In this document: positions 18,508 through 28,911 of the stretch, in pieces | Layout: every line of letters begins with the position of its first letter | How positions within the stretch are numbered: position 1 is the first letter of the stretch | NCBI GenBank assembly: GCA_963699755.1 | Contig: CAVOVB010000007.1 | Span: 96,001 to 160,000 of the forward strand | Reading direction: 5' to 3' | Source of the DNA: an uncultured delta proteobacterium | GTDB taxonomy: Bacteria; Myxococcota_A; Polyangia; Polyangiales; Houyiibacteriaceae | Length of the DNA stretch: 64,000 nt | Translations under genes and position numbers: made by a program | The notes under the pieces: generated by a model | What the model was told of the DNA's origin: nothing | What the model saw: the letters and a program-made list of their open reading frames with translations, nothing else | The model's database searches: none

Positions 18508-19365
18508 ATGGACAAGGCGATCATCACCTGCGCGCTCAATGGCGTGCTCACCAATCCGAAGCAGCATCCCGTTCCGGTTACGCCCGAAGAAATGGCGGCT
18601 TCGGCACGCGACGCCTACGACGCGGGCGCCGCGATTGTGCACATCCATTTCCGCCGACAGGAGCCTGGGATGGGTCACTTCCCCTCTTGGGACCCCGAGG
18701 TGGCAGCGGCCGCCAGTGATGCGATCCGCGCGGCCTGCCCCGGCATCATCATCAATCAGACGACGGGTGTGATCGACGAGGACGTTTCGGGACCGATCGC
18801 CTGCCTTCAGCGGATCAAGCCTGAGATCGCCGCCTGCAACGCTGGCAGCCTCAACTACCTCAAGCTCAAAAAGGACAACACCTGGGCCTGGCCGCCGATG
18901 GTCTTCATCAACGGTGTCGACAAGGTTCAGAAGATGCTCGATGCGATGGCAAAGACCAAGACCACCCCGGAGATGGAGTGCTTCGACGTAGGCATCGTGC
19001 GCTCGGTCGGCCTCTACCTCCGAGCGGGAATGGCGAAGGAGATGCACTACAACTTCGTCATGGGCGTTGCCTCGGGCATGCCTTGCGACGCCGAGCTTCT
19101 CGAGCTTCTCATGAAGTACAAGAGTGAGGATGCGCACTGGCAGGCGACACTGATCGGCCGCGAAGAAATTTGGGAAACCCACCAGCGCGCGGCAGACCTC
19201 GGCGGGATGCTTCGCACCGGCGTCGAGGACACCTTCTACCTCCCGAACGGCCGCAAGACGACCGGCAACGGACCGCTGATCGAAGCTCTCGCTCAGTGCG
19301 CGCGCAACGCAGGCCGCGAGGTGGCTTCGCCTGCCGAAGCAAGAGCGATGCTGGGCTTTCACTAG
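18508..19365 (+). CDS. Beta-keto acid cleavage enzyme (BKACE/DUF849, Kce family)
   Basis: IITCALNG, PVTPEE, GAAIVHIHFR, PEMECFD, LRTGVEDT. Confidence 0.9.
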   Translation: MDKAIITCALNGVLTNPKQHPVPVTPEEMAASARDAYDAGAAIVHIHFRRQEPGMGHFPSWDPEVAAAASDAIRAACPGIIINQTTGVIDEDVSGPIACLQRIKPEIAACNAGSLNYLKLKKDNTWAWPPMVFINGVDKVQKMLDAMAKTKTTPEMECFDVGIVRSVGLYLRAGMAKEMHYNFVMGVASGMPCDAELLELLMKYKSEDAHWQATLIGREEIWETHQRAADLGGMLRTGVEDTFYLPNGRKTTGNGPLIEALAQCARNAGREVASPAEARAMLGFH

Positions 19366-19409
19366 TGTCCGGTATTGTCACCGGACTGAGCCGGAGGTAA
19401 AGACGAGCC

Positions 19410-20114
19410 ATGGCCAATAAGGTGTATCCCGATGCGACCGCGGCCCTTGACGGGTTACTGAGCGACAACATGAGCTTGATGTCTGGCGGTTTTGGCCTCT
19501 GCGGCATCCCCGAATCGCTTATCGAAGCCGTGGCGAAGTCCGGCGTCAAAGGCCTGACGGTGATCTCGAACAATGCTGGCGTCGATGGCATCGGCCTCGG
19601 AGTGATGCTGGAGACCCGCCAGATCTCGAAGATGGTCTCGTCCTACGTTGGAGAGAACAAGCTCTTCGCCAAGCAGTTTCTCGACGGTGACCTGACCGTC
19701 GAGTTCAACCCGCAGGGCACCTTGGCCGAACGCATTCGCGCAGGTGGCGCTGGAATTCCTGCGTTTTACACGAAGACCGGTGTGGGAACCTTGGTCGCCG
19801 AGGGCAAAGAGGTCCGCGAGTTCGACGGCGAGCAATATGTGATGGAACGGGGCCTGGTCGCCGACGTGGCGATCGTGCATGCCTGGAAGGGCGATACCGA
19901 GGGCAATCTGATCTATCGGAAGACCGCGCGGAACTTCAATCCAATGATGGCGACCGCCGGCAGAATCACGGTCGCCGAGGTGGAGCATCTGCTCGAGCCC
20001 GGCGAGTTGGCGCCGGATCAGATCATGACTCCTGGCATCTATGTCGATCGCATCATTCACTACAGAACTCCCTCGAAGCACATCGAGCAACGGACCACGC
20101 GCCCCCGCGCCTGA
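19410..20114 (+). CDS. scoA: 3-oxoacid CoA-transferase subunit A
   Basis: [41 protein letters not shown]. Confidence 0.92.
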   Translation: MANKVYPDATAALDGLLSDNMSLMSGGFGLCGIPESLIEAVAKSGVKGLTVISNNAGVDGIGLGVMLETRQISKMVSSYVGENKLFAKQFLDGDLTVEFNPQGTLAERIRAGGAGIPAFYTKTGVGTLVAEGKEVREFDGEQYVMERGLVADVAIVHAWKGDTEGNLIYRKTARNFNPMMATAGRITVAEVEHLLEPGELAPDQIMTPGIYVDRIIHYRTPSKHIEQRTTRPRA

Positions 20115-20124
20115 GGAGAGAACG

Positions 20125-20772
20125 ATGGCCTGGACCCGCGAACAAATGGCTGCACGCGCCGCGCAGGAGCTTCGAGATGGCTTCTACGTGAACCTCGGGA
20201 TCGGCATTCCGACCTTGGTTTCGAATCACATCCCAGCGGGAATGACCGTCCAGCTGCAGAGTGAGAACGGAATGCTCGGCATGGGCCCCTTCCCTTATGA
20301 GGGCGACGAAGACGCGGACCTGATCAACGCTGGCAAGCAGACGGTGACCGAGCTACCGACGACGAGCTTCTTCTCCAGCGCCGAGTCCTTCGCGATGATT
20401 CGCGGCGGGCACATCAATCTCTCGATTCTCGGGGCAATGCAAGTCGCCGAAAACGGCGATCTGGCGAACTGGATGATTCCCGGCAAGATGGTCAAGGGAA
20501 TGGGTGGCGCGATGGACTTGGTCGCAGGCGTTCCGAGGGTCGTCGTGGTCATGGAGCACACGGCAAAAGGCAAGCCCAAGCTCCTGAAGCGTTGCACCCT
20601 ACCCCTGACCGGCACACGCGTTGTCGACCTGGTCATCACCGATCTCGGTGTCTTCGAAATCGACAAGAAGGGGACCGGCGGAATGAAGCTCGTCGAGCTC
20701 GCCGAGGGTGCGACACGCGAGCAAATCGCCGAGCGGACCGAAGCGACCTACTGCGTCGCGCCGGGGGTCTAG
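20125..20772 (+). CDS. scoB: 3-oxoacid CoA-transferase subunit B
   Basis: [25 protein letters not shown]. Confidence 0.92.
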   Translation: MAWTREQMAARAAQELRDGFYVNLGIGIPTLVSNHIPAGMTVQLQSENGMLGMGPFPYEGDEDADLINAGKQTVTELPTTSFFSSAESFAMIRGGHINLSILGAMQVAENGDLANWMIPGKMVKGMGGAMDLVAGVPRVVVVMEHTAKGKPKLLKRCTLPLTGTRVVDLVITDLGVFEIDKKGTGGMKLVELAEGATREQIAERTEATYCVAPGV

Positions 20773-22064
20773 CTGAGAATCAACAAGACGAGCCCGACGT
20801 AGAGCCCCATGCCGATCGCAAGAATCGCAGTGTAGCCGGCGATCTGACGCGCCTTGAGGCCGGTAATCGCAAGGAGCGGAAGCGCCCAGAATGGCTGCAG
20901 GAGATTGGTCCATTCGTCGCCGTAGGCAAAGGCCATGACCGTGCGCGCAGGGTCGAGTCCGAGCGTCGAAGCCGTCGTCAGGAGCACGTCACTTTGAAGT
21001 GCCCACTGCCCGCCTCCTGAGGGCACGAAGAAGTTCACGAGGCCCGAGCTGAGGAACGTCAGCAAGGGGAACGTCTTAGCCGATGCGATGGAAGCCATCG
21101 CCGACGAGAGCCTCCCAGTCATCCCGCTCGCCTGCATCACGCCGAGAATCCCGAAGTAGAGGGGAAACTGAACGATGATCGCCCCAGCGCCACGAGCGCC
21201 TTCGGCTATCGAAGCGAGAAAGCTGCGAATGGATCCGTGGGTCGCAAGCGCCAGCGCAAAAAAGAAGAGATTCACCGAGTTGAGATCGAATGAGACTTCG
21301 CCGCGAAACCAGCCGTACACGACCAGAAGCACCGCCAAGAGACCGACCAGGAGAGCGAGGAGAGACCGCCTCGCTTGCTGAGAGCCCGTAATAAGCGCCG
21401 TAGGCGGTTCCGGAACCGATGCGGCCTTGGGCGCCAGCGCGACACAGATCAGCGGCAAGAGGATCAGCAAGCCGCCACTGACCACGAAGTTCAAAGAGGA
21501 GAAGAGCGTATCGCTGACGGGGATGGCTTGCGTCAGGCCCTGGGTGAACTGCGCCGATTCCGCCGCCTTCAGGGGAGCCGAGCCGCTGAGCCCACCGTGC
21601 CAGACCGCGAGCCCGGCGTATGCGGCGGCGCCAAGCACCGGGATGTCCATCGGTCGCTGCTCCTCCGCGGCGCCCTGGGCGATTTCGCGAACGACGAAGG
21701 CCGCAACCACAGCGCCGAGCCCCCACTGAATCAGGCCGGTCAAGCAAGCGATCACCGCGACCAAGCCGGCGGCCGCAGGAGTTCGCTTGGGCAAGCGGGC
21801 GACTGCGCGGACGACTCGCTGAACGGGAGGGCTCGACGCCAAGGCCTGCCCGGTCACCAAGATCAGGCACATCTGTAGGGCGAAGGCGAGAAGCGGCGTG
21901 CTCGAAAAGCCGCTGTACCAGCCTCGGAGCACCATACTCACGGAGCCCGAGAGCACGAAGCCTCCAACCAGCGTCGTCAAGGTCAATACCAGCGCGAGGA
22001 CGAACGGATCGGGAACCCATCGTTCCGCCCAGCGGCTGAAAACCTCACCAAGCCTAGCCAGCAT
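20769..22064 (-). CDS. atoE: Short-chain fatty acid transporter (AtoE family)
   Basis: [50 protein letters not shown]. Confidence 0.88.
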   Translation of the reverse strand: MLARLGEVFSRWAERWVPDPFVLALVLTLTTLVGGFVLSGSVSMVLRGWYSGFSSTPLLAFALQMCLILVTGQALASSPPVQRVVRAVARLPKRTPAAAGLVAVIACLTGLIQWGLGAVVAAFVVREIAQGAAEEQRPMDIPVLGAAAYAGLAVWHGGLSGSAPLKAAESAQFTQGLTQAIPVSDTLFSSLNFVVSGGLLILLPLICVALAPKAASVPEPPTALITGSQQARRSLLALLVGLLAVLLVVYGWFRGEVSFDLNSVNLFFFALALATHGSIRSFLASIAEGARGAGAIIVQFPLYFGILGVMQASGMTGRLSSAMASIASAKTFPLLTFLSSGLVNFFVPSGGGQWALQSDVLLTTASTLGLDPARTVMAFAYGDEWTNLLQPFWALPLLAITGLKARQIAGYTAILAIGMGLYVGLVLLILS

Positions 22065-22150
22065 GCCGCGGACCATACCATCAAGTGCCAGAGCCCGGCC
22101 CATGCTTAGAGGCCGCCTCTGGCGGCTGCTCGCCCCGACTGGCAGTGCGC

Positions 22151-22957
22151 TCAGCGAAGACGCCTGATCGCGATGAAGGTGAGGTCGTCCGGCTTCGAGG
22201 GAGCGCCTTCCTCCGGTGCCTCCATGCGTTGACGGGCGAGAGCGGCTAGGCCGTCGACAGACCGTGGCAACGGCCCTTTTCGCAGCTGCTCGACGATTTC
22301 GGGCAGGTGAAGGTTGTCGCTGAGCCCATCACTGGCCAAGACCGCGGTATCGCGCCGTGCCAAGCTCAAAGTGGCACTGAGCTCGATTCGCGTGTCCTTG
22401 GTGCCCAGAAGATTGGAGACGATGTGCAGATCCTCGTGGTGCAGCGCCTCTCCAGCATCCAGTAAGCCGGCTTCGACCGCATAGCCGACGGGGGAGTGTG
22501 GGATGGTTTGCCATTTGATGCGCCCACGCTGCCCGGTGACGAGCACCATCGAATCGCCCGCATGATAGGAACGCATCTTGGTGCCCTGAACCTCGATAGC
22601 CGCTAGAGTGGCGGCGGCGCCCGTCCCAAGCGCCGCGATCGCGTGGTCGGCCGACTCGAAGCCATTGATGATCGCGCCTCGCAAGTTCTCGACGTCCGTT
22701 CCCAGCTCTTCAACGGCGTCACAGACCGATCGCACTGCAAGCTGCGCCGCCTCTGCTCCACCTGGATGGCCGCCAGCACCGTCGGACACCACGGCTACCC
22801 CAGCCTCATCACCAATCGCGATCAACGCGGCCGCGTCCTCGTTGGGCCCGTCTCGGCCTGGTTTCCGGATGCTGAGCACCACCGCCTCGCAGGCGCCAAG
22901 CCGGAAGCGCTCACCCCGCGCCATGTCCACATCCTCGAAGACGTGGACTTCGTTCAC
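22151..22957 (-). CDS. PP2C/PPM-family Ser/Thr phosphatase
   Basis: NEDA, VSDGAGGH, HAGDS, LASDGLSDN, DDLT; GTGA overlap with the kinase. Confidence 0.85.
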   Translation of the reverse strand: MNEVHVFEDVDMARGERFRLGACEAVVLSIRKPGRDGPNEDAAALIAIGDEAGVAVVSDGAGGHPGGAEAAQLAVRSVCDAVEELGTDVENLRGAIINGFESADHAIAALGTGAAATLAAIEVQGTKMRSYHAGDSMVLVTGQRGRIKWQTIPHSPVGYAVEAGLLDAGEALHHEDLHIVSNLLGTKDTRIELSATLSLARRDTAVLASDGLSDNLHLPEIVEQLRKGPLPRSVDGLAALARQRMEAPEEGAPSKPDDLTFIAIRRLR

Positions 22958-23814
22958 GGCACCGCTCTCCGTCTCCGGGCCACGCTTCGAAGCGCGTTCG
23001 GCGCAACTGCTTGAAACGCCCTTTGCATCTGCACGCCGTCGCGAAATCGCTTGCGCTCTCGCACCTCGATCGAGCGGCGAAGGAATGCAATGAAATCGCG
23101 ACTGACGGTGCGGCGAAGCCTTTCGGCCCCAGGGAGGGGCCAATCGAAAGGCCAAGCGGGAAGCTCCCCGGAAAACATGCGATAAATCAGCAAGCCCATC
23201 GAAAACACGTCAGAGCGAAACGAGGGTTTCCCCATTGCCTGCTCCGGCGCGATGTAACCAACCGTTCCTTGCCCCGACCCCATGATCGTCCGGGTTCTGA
23301 GCGCAACTTTCGCGATGCCAAAATCGGCCAGGCGAGCTTGCCCGTCAGGAAAGAGAATCACGTTGTCCGGCTTGATGTCACAATGAATGATTCGCACCTC
23401 ATGCGCGTACGCTAGCGCATCGATCAGCTGCTCGGCGTAGGAGAGCGCGGTCTTCGGGCCGAGGCGGTAGTGCAAGCGGTCGGTTAAGGTCTGGGCCCCG
23501 AGCGGCGTCGCGATCACGAAGTGGCCATCGATCATCATGGCGTTGCGAAGCGGTAAGATGTTGTGGTGCTCCAGGCGGGCGGTGAGCCGGACCTCGCGGT
23601 GGATGTCACTCAGAGCCTCCTTGTCGAGTTGATCGAGATTCGGGACTTTGAGCGCAATCGGGATGCCCTCGATCGTATCGTACGCCTCGTACACGGTCGC
23701 AAACGCACCGGCCCCGATTCGGCGGCGAATTCGATACTTGCCGACCATCTGCCGAGCCTTGAGAGGCTGACTTGATGCGGCGAGGTCCTTGCCGTTGAGA
23801 AGGTTGGGTTTCAT
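22954..23814 (-). CDS. Hanks-type Ser/Thr protein kinase (catalytic domain only)
   Basis: GAGAFA, ALK, HCDIKPDN, DFG, YIAPEQ, DVFSMG. Confidence 0.92.
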   Translation of the reverse strand: MKPNLLNGKDLAASSQPLKARQMVGKYRIRRRIGAGAFATVYEAYDTIEGIPIALKVPNLDQLDKEALSDIHREVRLTARLEHHNILPLRNAMMIDGHFVIATPLGAQTLTDRLHYRLGPKTALSYAEQLIDALAYAHEVRIIHCDIKPDNVILFPDGQARLADFGIAKVALRTRTIMGSGQGTVGYIAPEQAMGKPSFRSDVFSMGLLIYRMFSGELPAWPFDWPLPGAERLRRTVSRDFIAFLRRSIEVRERKRFRDGVQMQRAFQAVAPNALRSVARRRRAVP

Positions 23815-23824
23815 CAGCGAGCGC

Positions 23825-24832
23825 TCAGAACGTCTTACGGATCGCCTTCAGAAGTGCAACCCCCTCAGGCCCCATTTCCTTCGCCACGCGGTCGGGAACG
23901 CCCTTCTGCTTCGCCTGGAACGCGGCAAGCTCCTCGGCGGACGGCTCGTAGATGTCATAGCCATAGCGTTGCAGGTTCTTGAGCAGCACAGGCTCGACCT
24001 TTCGAACCTGCTGGCGACCCCAGACGGTCATGTCGTGGGAAACCGTCGTGATGACCTCTTGAATGTCCTTTGGAAGCGTATCAAACCACTTCTTGGAGTA
24101 GACCAGGAGCGCAGGCTGGTAGCAGTGACGGCTGAGGAATAGGTTGCGCTCCCCCTCTTTGAGCCCTTGATACCAGCTCCCAGCCATCGCAAAGAGCGGT
24201 GTGTTGTCGAAGCCGTCGACGACTCCGGTCTGCACGCTCATGAGCGTGTTGCCGTTGTCGATGGGGACTGGAGTTGCGCCGAAGGCCTCATAGGTCTCGA
24301 CATGCACCATCGATTCCTGGGAACGGAAGCGAATGCCGCTCATGTCGCTCGGCTTTCGGATCTTCTGCCTGCTGAAATAGGAGCGAAAGCCGTTCTCGGA
24401 CCAGATCCCGAACACCAAGCCGCGCCGCAGTAGCGCCTTCTTGACCAAGTCGGTCACCGCCGGCGTATCGAGTGCCTTGTCCGCCGCCTCGAAGCTGGTG
24501 AAGACGTACGGCGCTTCTATGACGTTGACCTCGCGAACGATGGAGCTCATCCCGCCGACGGAGCCGGCGAACGCCTGCATGCTGCCCATTTGAACGCGGC
24601 GTGCCAACGAACGCTCATTCCCCCGTCCGAGCCGAAGCTTCACCTTCAAACGGCCGTTCGTCCTTTCCTGAACTTCCGATTTGTAGCGCTGAAGCTGGTC
24701 AGCCCAGGGGCTCCCCTTGGGAGCGACCGTTCCAACCTCCATGATGAACTCGGGCTCTTCCGCGACGGCGGGACCGACGAGGGACGAGGATAGAACGAGC
24801 AGAGCTCCGACGAAGAAGAACGAATTGCGCAT
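23825..24832 (-). CDS. dctP: TRAP transporter solute-binding protein DctP
   Basis: Signal peptide, GTVAPKGSPW, ENGFR, GIRFRSQES, QTGVVDG. Confidence 0.85.
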   Translation of the reverse strand: MRNSFFFVGALLVLSSSLVGPAVAEEPEFIMEVGTVAPKGSPWADQLQRYKSEVQERTNGRLKVKLRLGRGNERSLARRVQMGSMQAFAGSVGGMSSIVREVNVIEAPYVFTSFEAADKALDTPAVTDLVKKALLRRGLVFGIWSENGFRSYFSRQKIRKPSDMSGIRFRSQESMVHVETYEAFGATPVPIDNGNTLMSVQTGVVDGFDNTPLFAMAGSWYQGLKEGERNLFLSRHCYQPALLVYSKKWFDTLPKDIQEVITTVSHDMTVWGRQQVRKVEPVLLKNLQRYGYDIYEPSAEELAAFQAKQKGVPDRVAKEMGPEGVALLKAIRKTF

Positions 24833-24890
24833 TGAGGGTCTTTCTAGTCACTCGGGCAGAGAAAATAAAGCGTCAAAGTACTTGCGCGGC

Positions 24891-26729
24891 TCACAAGAAT
24901 TGCCCGACGTCGGACGAACGACTCGTTTCGGACGCATACATGCCGTCGATGATCGCCTTGTACTTGTGATTGATGACGTTGCGCTTGACCTTCATGGTCG
25001 GGGTGAGCTCTCCGCCGTCGACGCTGAGCATCTGAGCTAGTACGTCGAATTTCTTGATGCTTTGGTAGCGCGCCACCTTGCTGTTGCAATCGGACTCGAT
25101 TCGACCCGCCAAAAACGCGCGGACCTTCTCGTCCTTGGCCACCTCGGCCAAAGGCGCGACAGGCACCCCGGCCTCCCTGCACAACTCGGGAACTGCCTCT
25201 TCTTCGAGGGCCAAAATTGCGCAAAGATAGGGCTGACGATCGCCGACGACGACGGCCTGACCAACACCGGGAATCCCTTGGAGGTGATTTTCCATCTCAG
25301 CGGGTGCGACGTTCTTGCCCCCGGCGGTAATCAATAGGTCCTTCTTTCGCCCGGTAACCGTGAGGAATCCGTCGCTATCGAGCGCCCCGAGGTCCCCGGT
25401 ACGCATCCAGCCATCGTCGGTATAGAGCGAGGCGGTTTCGCCGGACATGTAGAGGTATCCGGGGACCATGTTGGCGCCCCGGAGAAGGATCTCGCCATCC
25501 TCGGCGATTCGAATCTCGACGCCCGGAAGCGCCCGACCGACAGTTCCAAAACGCGGTCGGTGCAAGGGCTGCGCCGTCGCCATGCCGGTGGTTTCGGTCA
25601 TTCCAAAACCCTCGTGAATGATGAGACCGATCGAGGCGAAGAACTCGAGCGTCGAGCGGGCCGCCGGCGCCGCACCCGAACCGGCGCCGAAAAGCTCATC
25701 GAGGCCGATGGCGCTCTTGATCTTGGAGATGACCAACTTGTTCGCGAGGCGGCGTTGGAATGTGTCGACATCTCGTCCGGTCTCTATCGAACGCATGACG
25801 GCTTCAAATTCGACGCGCCGCGCCCAGGCCGTCAGCCTAGCCTTGAGCCCGGTGGCCGATGACAGGTTCGCGGTTAGAGCAGCCTCGAACTTCTCCCAAA
25901 CGCGCGGCACAGCGAAGAAGAAATGCGGGCGTGCCGCCACCAAGTGGTCTCTGATCTTGGAGAGGTCCGCACAGAAGTAGGTTTCGCTGCCGGTACGCAA
26001 CCCGATGAAGTTGGTGAAGATCTGCTCGGCGACGTGGCAGAGCGGAAGGTAGCTCACGTAACGAAAGTGATCGAAGCCCAGAAGCTCGGGATAGGTTTCG
26101 ATGAAGGATGTCGCCATCGCGTTGATCCCGCGATGTGTACACATGGCGCCCTTGGGAACACCCGTCGTGCCCGAGGTGTAGATGAGCAGTGCGAGGTCGT
26201 CGGGTTTGGCTTCGCCGATGCGTCGCTCGACCTCATCGTTTGATTGCGAAGCGCCCTTGGCGATTACCTGAGCCAGCGAGATCACCATCTCTTGGTCGCT
26301 CTCGATCGGATCCATCGTGATGATGTGCTCGAGATGGATCAAGCCACGGTCGAATGCTTCCAGGTATCTGTCGAGTTGAGTCTGGCTGTCACAGATCGCG
26401 ATCTTGGCACGGCAGTGATTCACGATGTAGGCGACCTGATCGATCGTGTTGGTGACGTAGATCGGAGCGGGAACCGCGGCCGCGGCACTGATCCCCATCT
26501 GGGAGATGACCCAGTCACGCCGGTTGTTACCGATGAGCGCAACGCCATCGCCCGGCTGGACGCCAAGCTCGATGAGCCCCCTCGCTAGGTCGCGTACCGT
26601 AAGCCAGTATTCGCCCCAAGTCGTCGATACCCAGCCCCCGCTCGAAGCCAGCTCTACGAGCGCCTTGCGGTCAGGTCGCTTCTGCGCCTGCAGCGCGATG
26701 AAGCCAGGCAGGGTGATCGGCTCGGACAC
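24891..26729 (-). CDS. Long-chain fatty acid-CoA ligase
   Basis: IYTSGTTGVPKG, SYLPLCHVAE, EGFGMTET, RTGDLG, TAGGKNVAP. Confidence 0.92.
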   Translation of the reverse strand: MSEPITLPGFIALQAQKRPDRKALVELASSGGWVSTTWGEYWLTVRDLARGLIELGVQPGDGVALIGNNRRDWVISQMGISAAAAVPAPIYVTNTIDQVAYIVNHCRAKIAICDSQTQLDRYLEAFDRGLIHLEHIITMDPIESDQEMVISLAQVIAKGASQSNDEVERRIGEAKPDDLALLIYTSGTTGVPKGAMCTHRGINAMATSFIETYPELLGFDHFRYVSYLPLCHVAEQIFTNFIGLRTGSETYFCADLSKIRDHLVAARPHFFFAVPRVWEKFEAALTANLSSATGLKARLTAWARRVEFEAVMRSIETGRDVDTFQRRLANKLVISKIKSAIGLDELFGAGSGAAPAARSTLEFFASIGLIIHEGFGMTETTGMATAQPLHRPRFGTVGRALPGVEIRIAEDGEILLRGANMVPGYLYMSGETASLYTDDGWMRTGDLGALDSDGFLTVTGRKKDLLITAGGKNVAPAEMENHLQGIPGVGQAVVVGDRQPYLCAILALEEEAVPELCREAGVPVAPLAEVAKDEKVRAFLAGRIESDCNSKVARYQSIKKFDVLAQMLSVDGGELTPTMKVKRNVINHKYKAIIDGMYASETSRSSDVGQFL

Positions 26730-26844
26730 GGCTACCTCCGCAGACGAACCTCACCATACCCGAATTCGCGAAACCAGTCAGCAGTGAGTAGCCGGCGCCG
26801 AGCGCCCAATTTGACGCGCACGGGAGACGCCTCAAGATCCCGCC

Positions 26845-27396
26845 GTGCAGATCCCGCGACTCCTCATGCTAGGCCTTGGCCTAGTTGTACTCGCGAACGC
26901 CACCCCAGCCGCGGCGGACCAGGCGAGCGACGAGCAACTCGCGGCGGACGTCCGTGATGCGATGCAGCGCTTCGAGGAGAAGGATCGCAGCTTCAAGGCC
27001 ACGATCAAGGGGCTCGTCGGCTACGCCATCTTCCCTGAAGTCGCCAAGGGTGGCTTCATCGTCGGTGGCGCCGGCGGCCGGGGCGAAGTCTATGCGGGCG
27101 GGAACTTGATCGGGCACGTCAAGCTCTCGCAAGGAACCGTAGGTGCGCAGATCGGCGGGCAGAAGTTCGCCGAGATCGTCTTGTTCAAGACCAAGTCAGC
27201 GCTCAACCGCTTCAAGAAGAACAGGCTGGAGCTGAGCGCGCAGGCGACCGCCATCGTAGCCGACCAAGGCGCTGCTGCCACGGCCAAGTACGCCGACGGA
27301 GTGGCGATCATAGTCCTTCCGACGTCCGGCCTGATGGCGGAGGCCAGCGTTGGAGGCCAAAAGCTCAAGTTCTCGCCGCTCGGGGAGTCACGATGA
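26845..27396 (+). CDS. Secreted Ysc84/SYLF lipid-binding domain protein
   Basis: AIFPEVAKGGFIVGGAGGRG, VGAQIGGQ, GLMAEASVGGQK. Confidence 0.8.
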   Translation: MQIPRLLMLGLGLVVLANATPAAADQASDEQLAADVRDAMQRFEEKDRSFKATIKGLVGYAIFPEVAKGGFIVGGAGGRGEVYAGGNLIGHVKLSQGTVGAQIGGQKFAEIVLFKTKSALNRFKKNRLELSAQATAIVADQGAAATAKYADGVAIIVLPTSGLMAEASVGGQKLKFSPLGESR

Positions 27397-27809
27397 TGGA
27401 TGAAGCGATTGGAGGCTCCTGTGTGTGCGGCGCGGTAGCGTTCCGTATCGAAGGCCCGTTCCGCGGGTTTCAGTACTGCCATTGCAGCCGGTGTCGGAAG
27501 AAGACCGGCTCCTCGCACGTCGCCAATATTTTCGTCCCGGTCGGCCAGTTCAGCTGGGAGCGGGGGGAAGAGAAGGTTCGGCGATTCGAGCTGCCGACGG
27601 CGAAGTACTGGGCCACCGCATTTTGCAGCGATTGCGGCTCGGCGATGCCCTGGCTGACGAGGAATGGCAAAGTGATGGTCGTGGGCGCTGGCACACTCGA
27701 TGGCGATCCGGGGGTCAAGCCCCAGTTCAGCGTCTACTTCGACTCCCGGGCCCCCTGGTACGTCCACGTCTCCGATCTCGAAATGCACGGGACGATTCCC
27801 AAGTCCTAG
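27393..27809 (+). CDS. GFA (glutathione-dependent formaldehyde-activating/CENP-V) family protein
   Basis: GSCVCGAV, CHCSRCRK, FCSDCGS. Confidence 0.88.
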   Translation: MMDEAIGGSCVCGAVAFRIEGPFRGFQYCHCSRCRKKTGSSHVANIFVPVGQFSWERGEEKVRRFELPTAKYWATAFCSDCGSAMPWLTRNGKVMVVGAGTLDGDPGVKPQFSVYFDSRAPWYVHVSDLEMHGTIPKS

Positions 27810-27847
27810 GTTACCCTCACGACCTAGTGGAGAATGAACCTGTGCGG

Positions 27848-28911
27848 ATGACGCGCCTGCGTGCGAGATGGATCGGGTTGCTGCTTCTTGTGTTTGGCTG
27901 CGGCTCTTCGTCCGGTCCTGCGCCCATCGACCCTGTGGCAACCGCATACTGCGCGGCGTGCTCCGAATTCCTAAGCTGCGAGCGCTTGATCACCGAGACA
28001 ATCAGCGCCCAATGCACCGACGAAACCCGAGCCTGGTACTCGTGCATGGCCGAAGCCGCGAATGCCTGCGATAGCACGGCGTGCGACGCGGAGTGGAACC
28101 AACGTGAGATTTGCATGGGGAGCGCGCCCGCCGACTAGGCGCACGATCGCATTCGGCTCCTCGCGCCTTCCGCCAACCTCGGCCATCGTGGGACCGGGCC
28201 GACGAGGCCGGGACATTCCTTCCTGGAATACTCGATTTCTTCCTTCCGTGCCGCCATGGAAGAAGGCGCCGATGGGATCTCGCTCGACGTCGAGATCACC
28301 GAGGACGGTCAGCTGATCATCATGCGCGACGATAGAGTCGATCGAACCATAAACTGCACCGGCTGCGTCAGCGAGATGACCTTCGCCGAGGTTCGTGCGT
28401 GTCGTTTGCTCGACGGCGAGGGGGCAGTGACGGAGGAAGCGCCACCGACCTTAGAAGAGGCCTACGAGGCGGTCGGGGCAAGCGCGCTCATGGACGTCGA
28501 GCTGAAGGTGTTCGGAGAAAGCTGTCTCACCGACACCACAGGGCCCGAGCAGCTTACTTTGGCGGTGCTCGCCGAAGTCACTCGAATCCGAGGAGAAAAC
28601 CAAACCATCTTCTCGTCGTTCCAACCAACCGTGGTCGAGCGCGTCAAGACTGAACGCTCCGGACATTACTCCGCCCTTCTATCGGTGGTCGCCATGCCGG
28701 CGCTGGTCGACCAGGCGGTTCTCCTCGGCCCAAACGCGATCCATCCGGTCTTCGCGGTCACTGCCGAGACAGTCGAAGCCGCGCTGGAGGCCTGCAGGTC
28801 AATGTATGGACGGTAAACACCGACGAGGAGATGCAGGACCAGCTCGCGAAGGGCGCCACCGCGATCATTACCGACAACCCGGCCGTCCCAGCGGAGCTAC
28901 TCGGGCGCTAA
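27848..28911 (+). pseudogene. Glycerophosphodiester phosphodiesterase lipoprotein with Cys-rich N-terminus, disrupted
   Basis: Lipobox VFGC; in-frame TAG 28136-28138 then GHRG..GADGISLDV; frameshift near 28790 separates VNVWTVN..AIITDNP, which ends TAA 28911. Confidence 0.75.

Noticed and set aside
28136..28138. Pyrrolysine or other readthrough of the in-frame TAG
   Set aside because: The same gene has a frameshift and lost catalytic residues, and no pyl genes are seen; decay is the simpler explanation.
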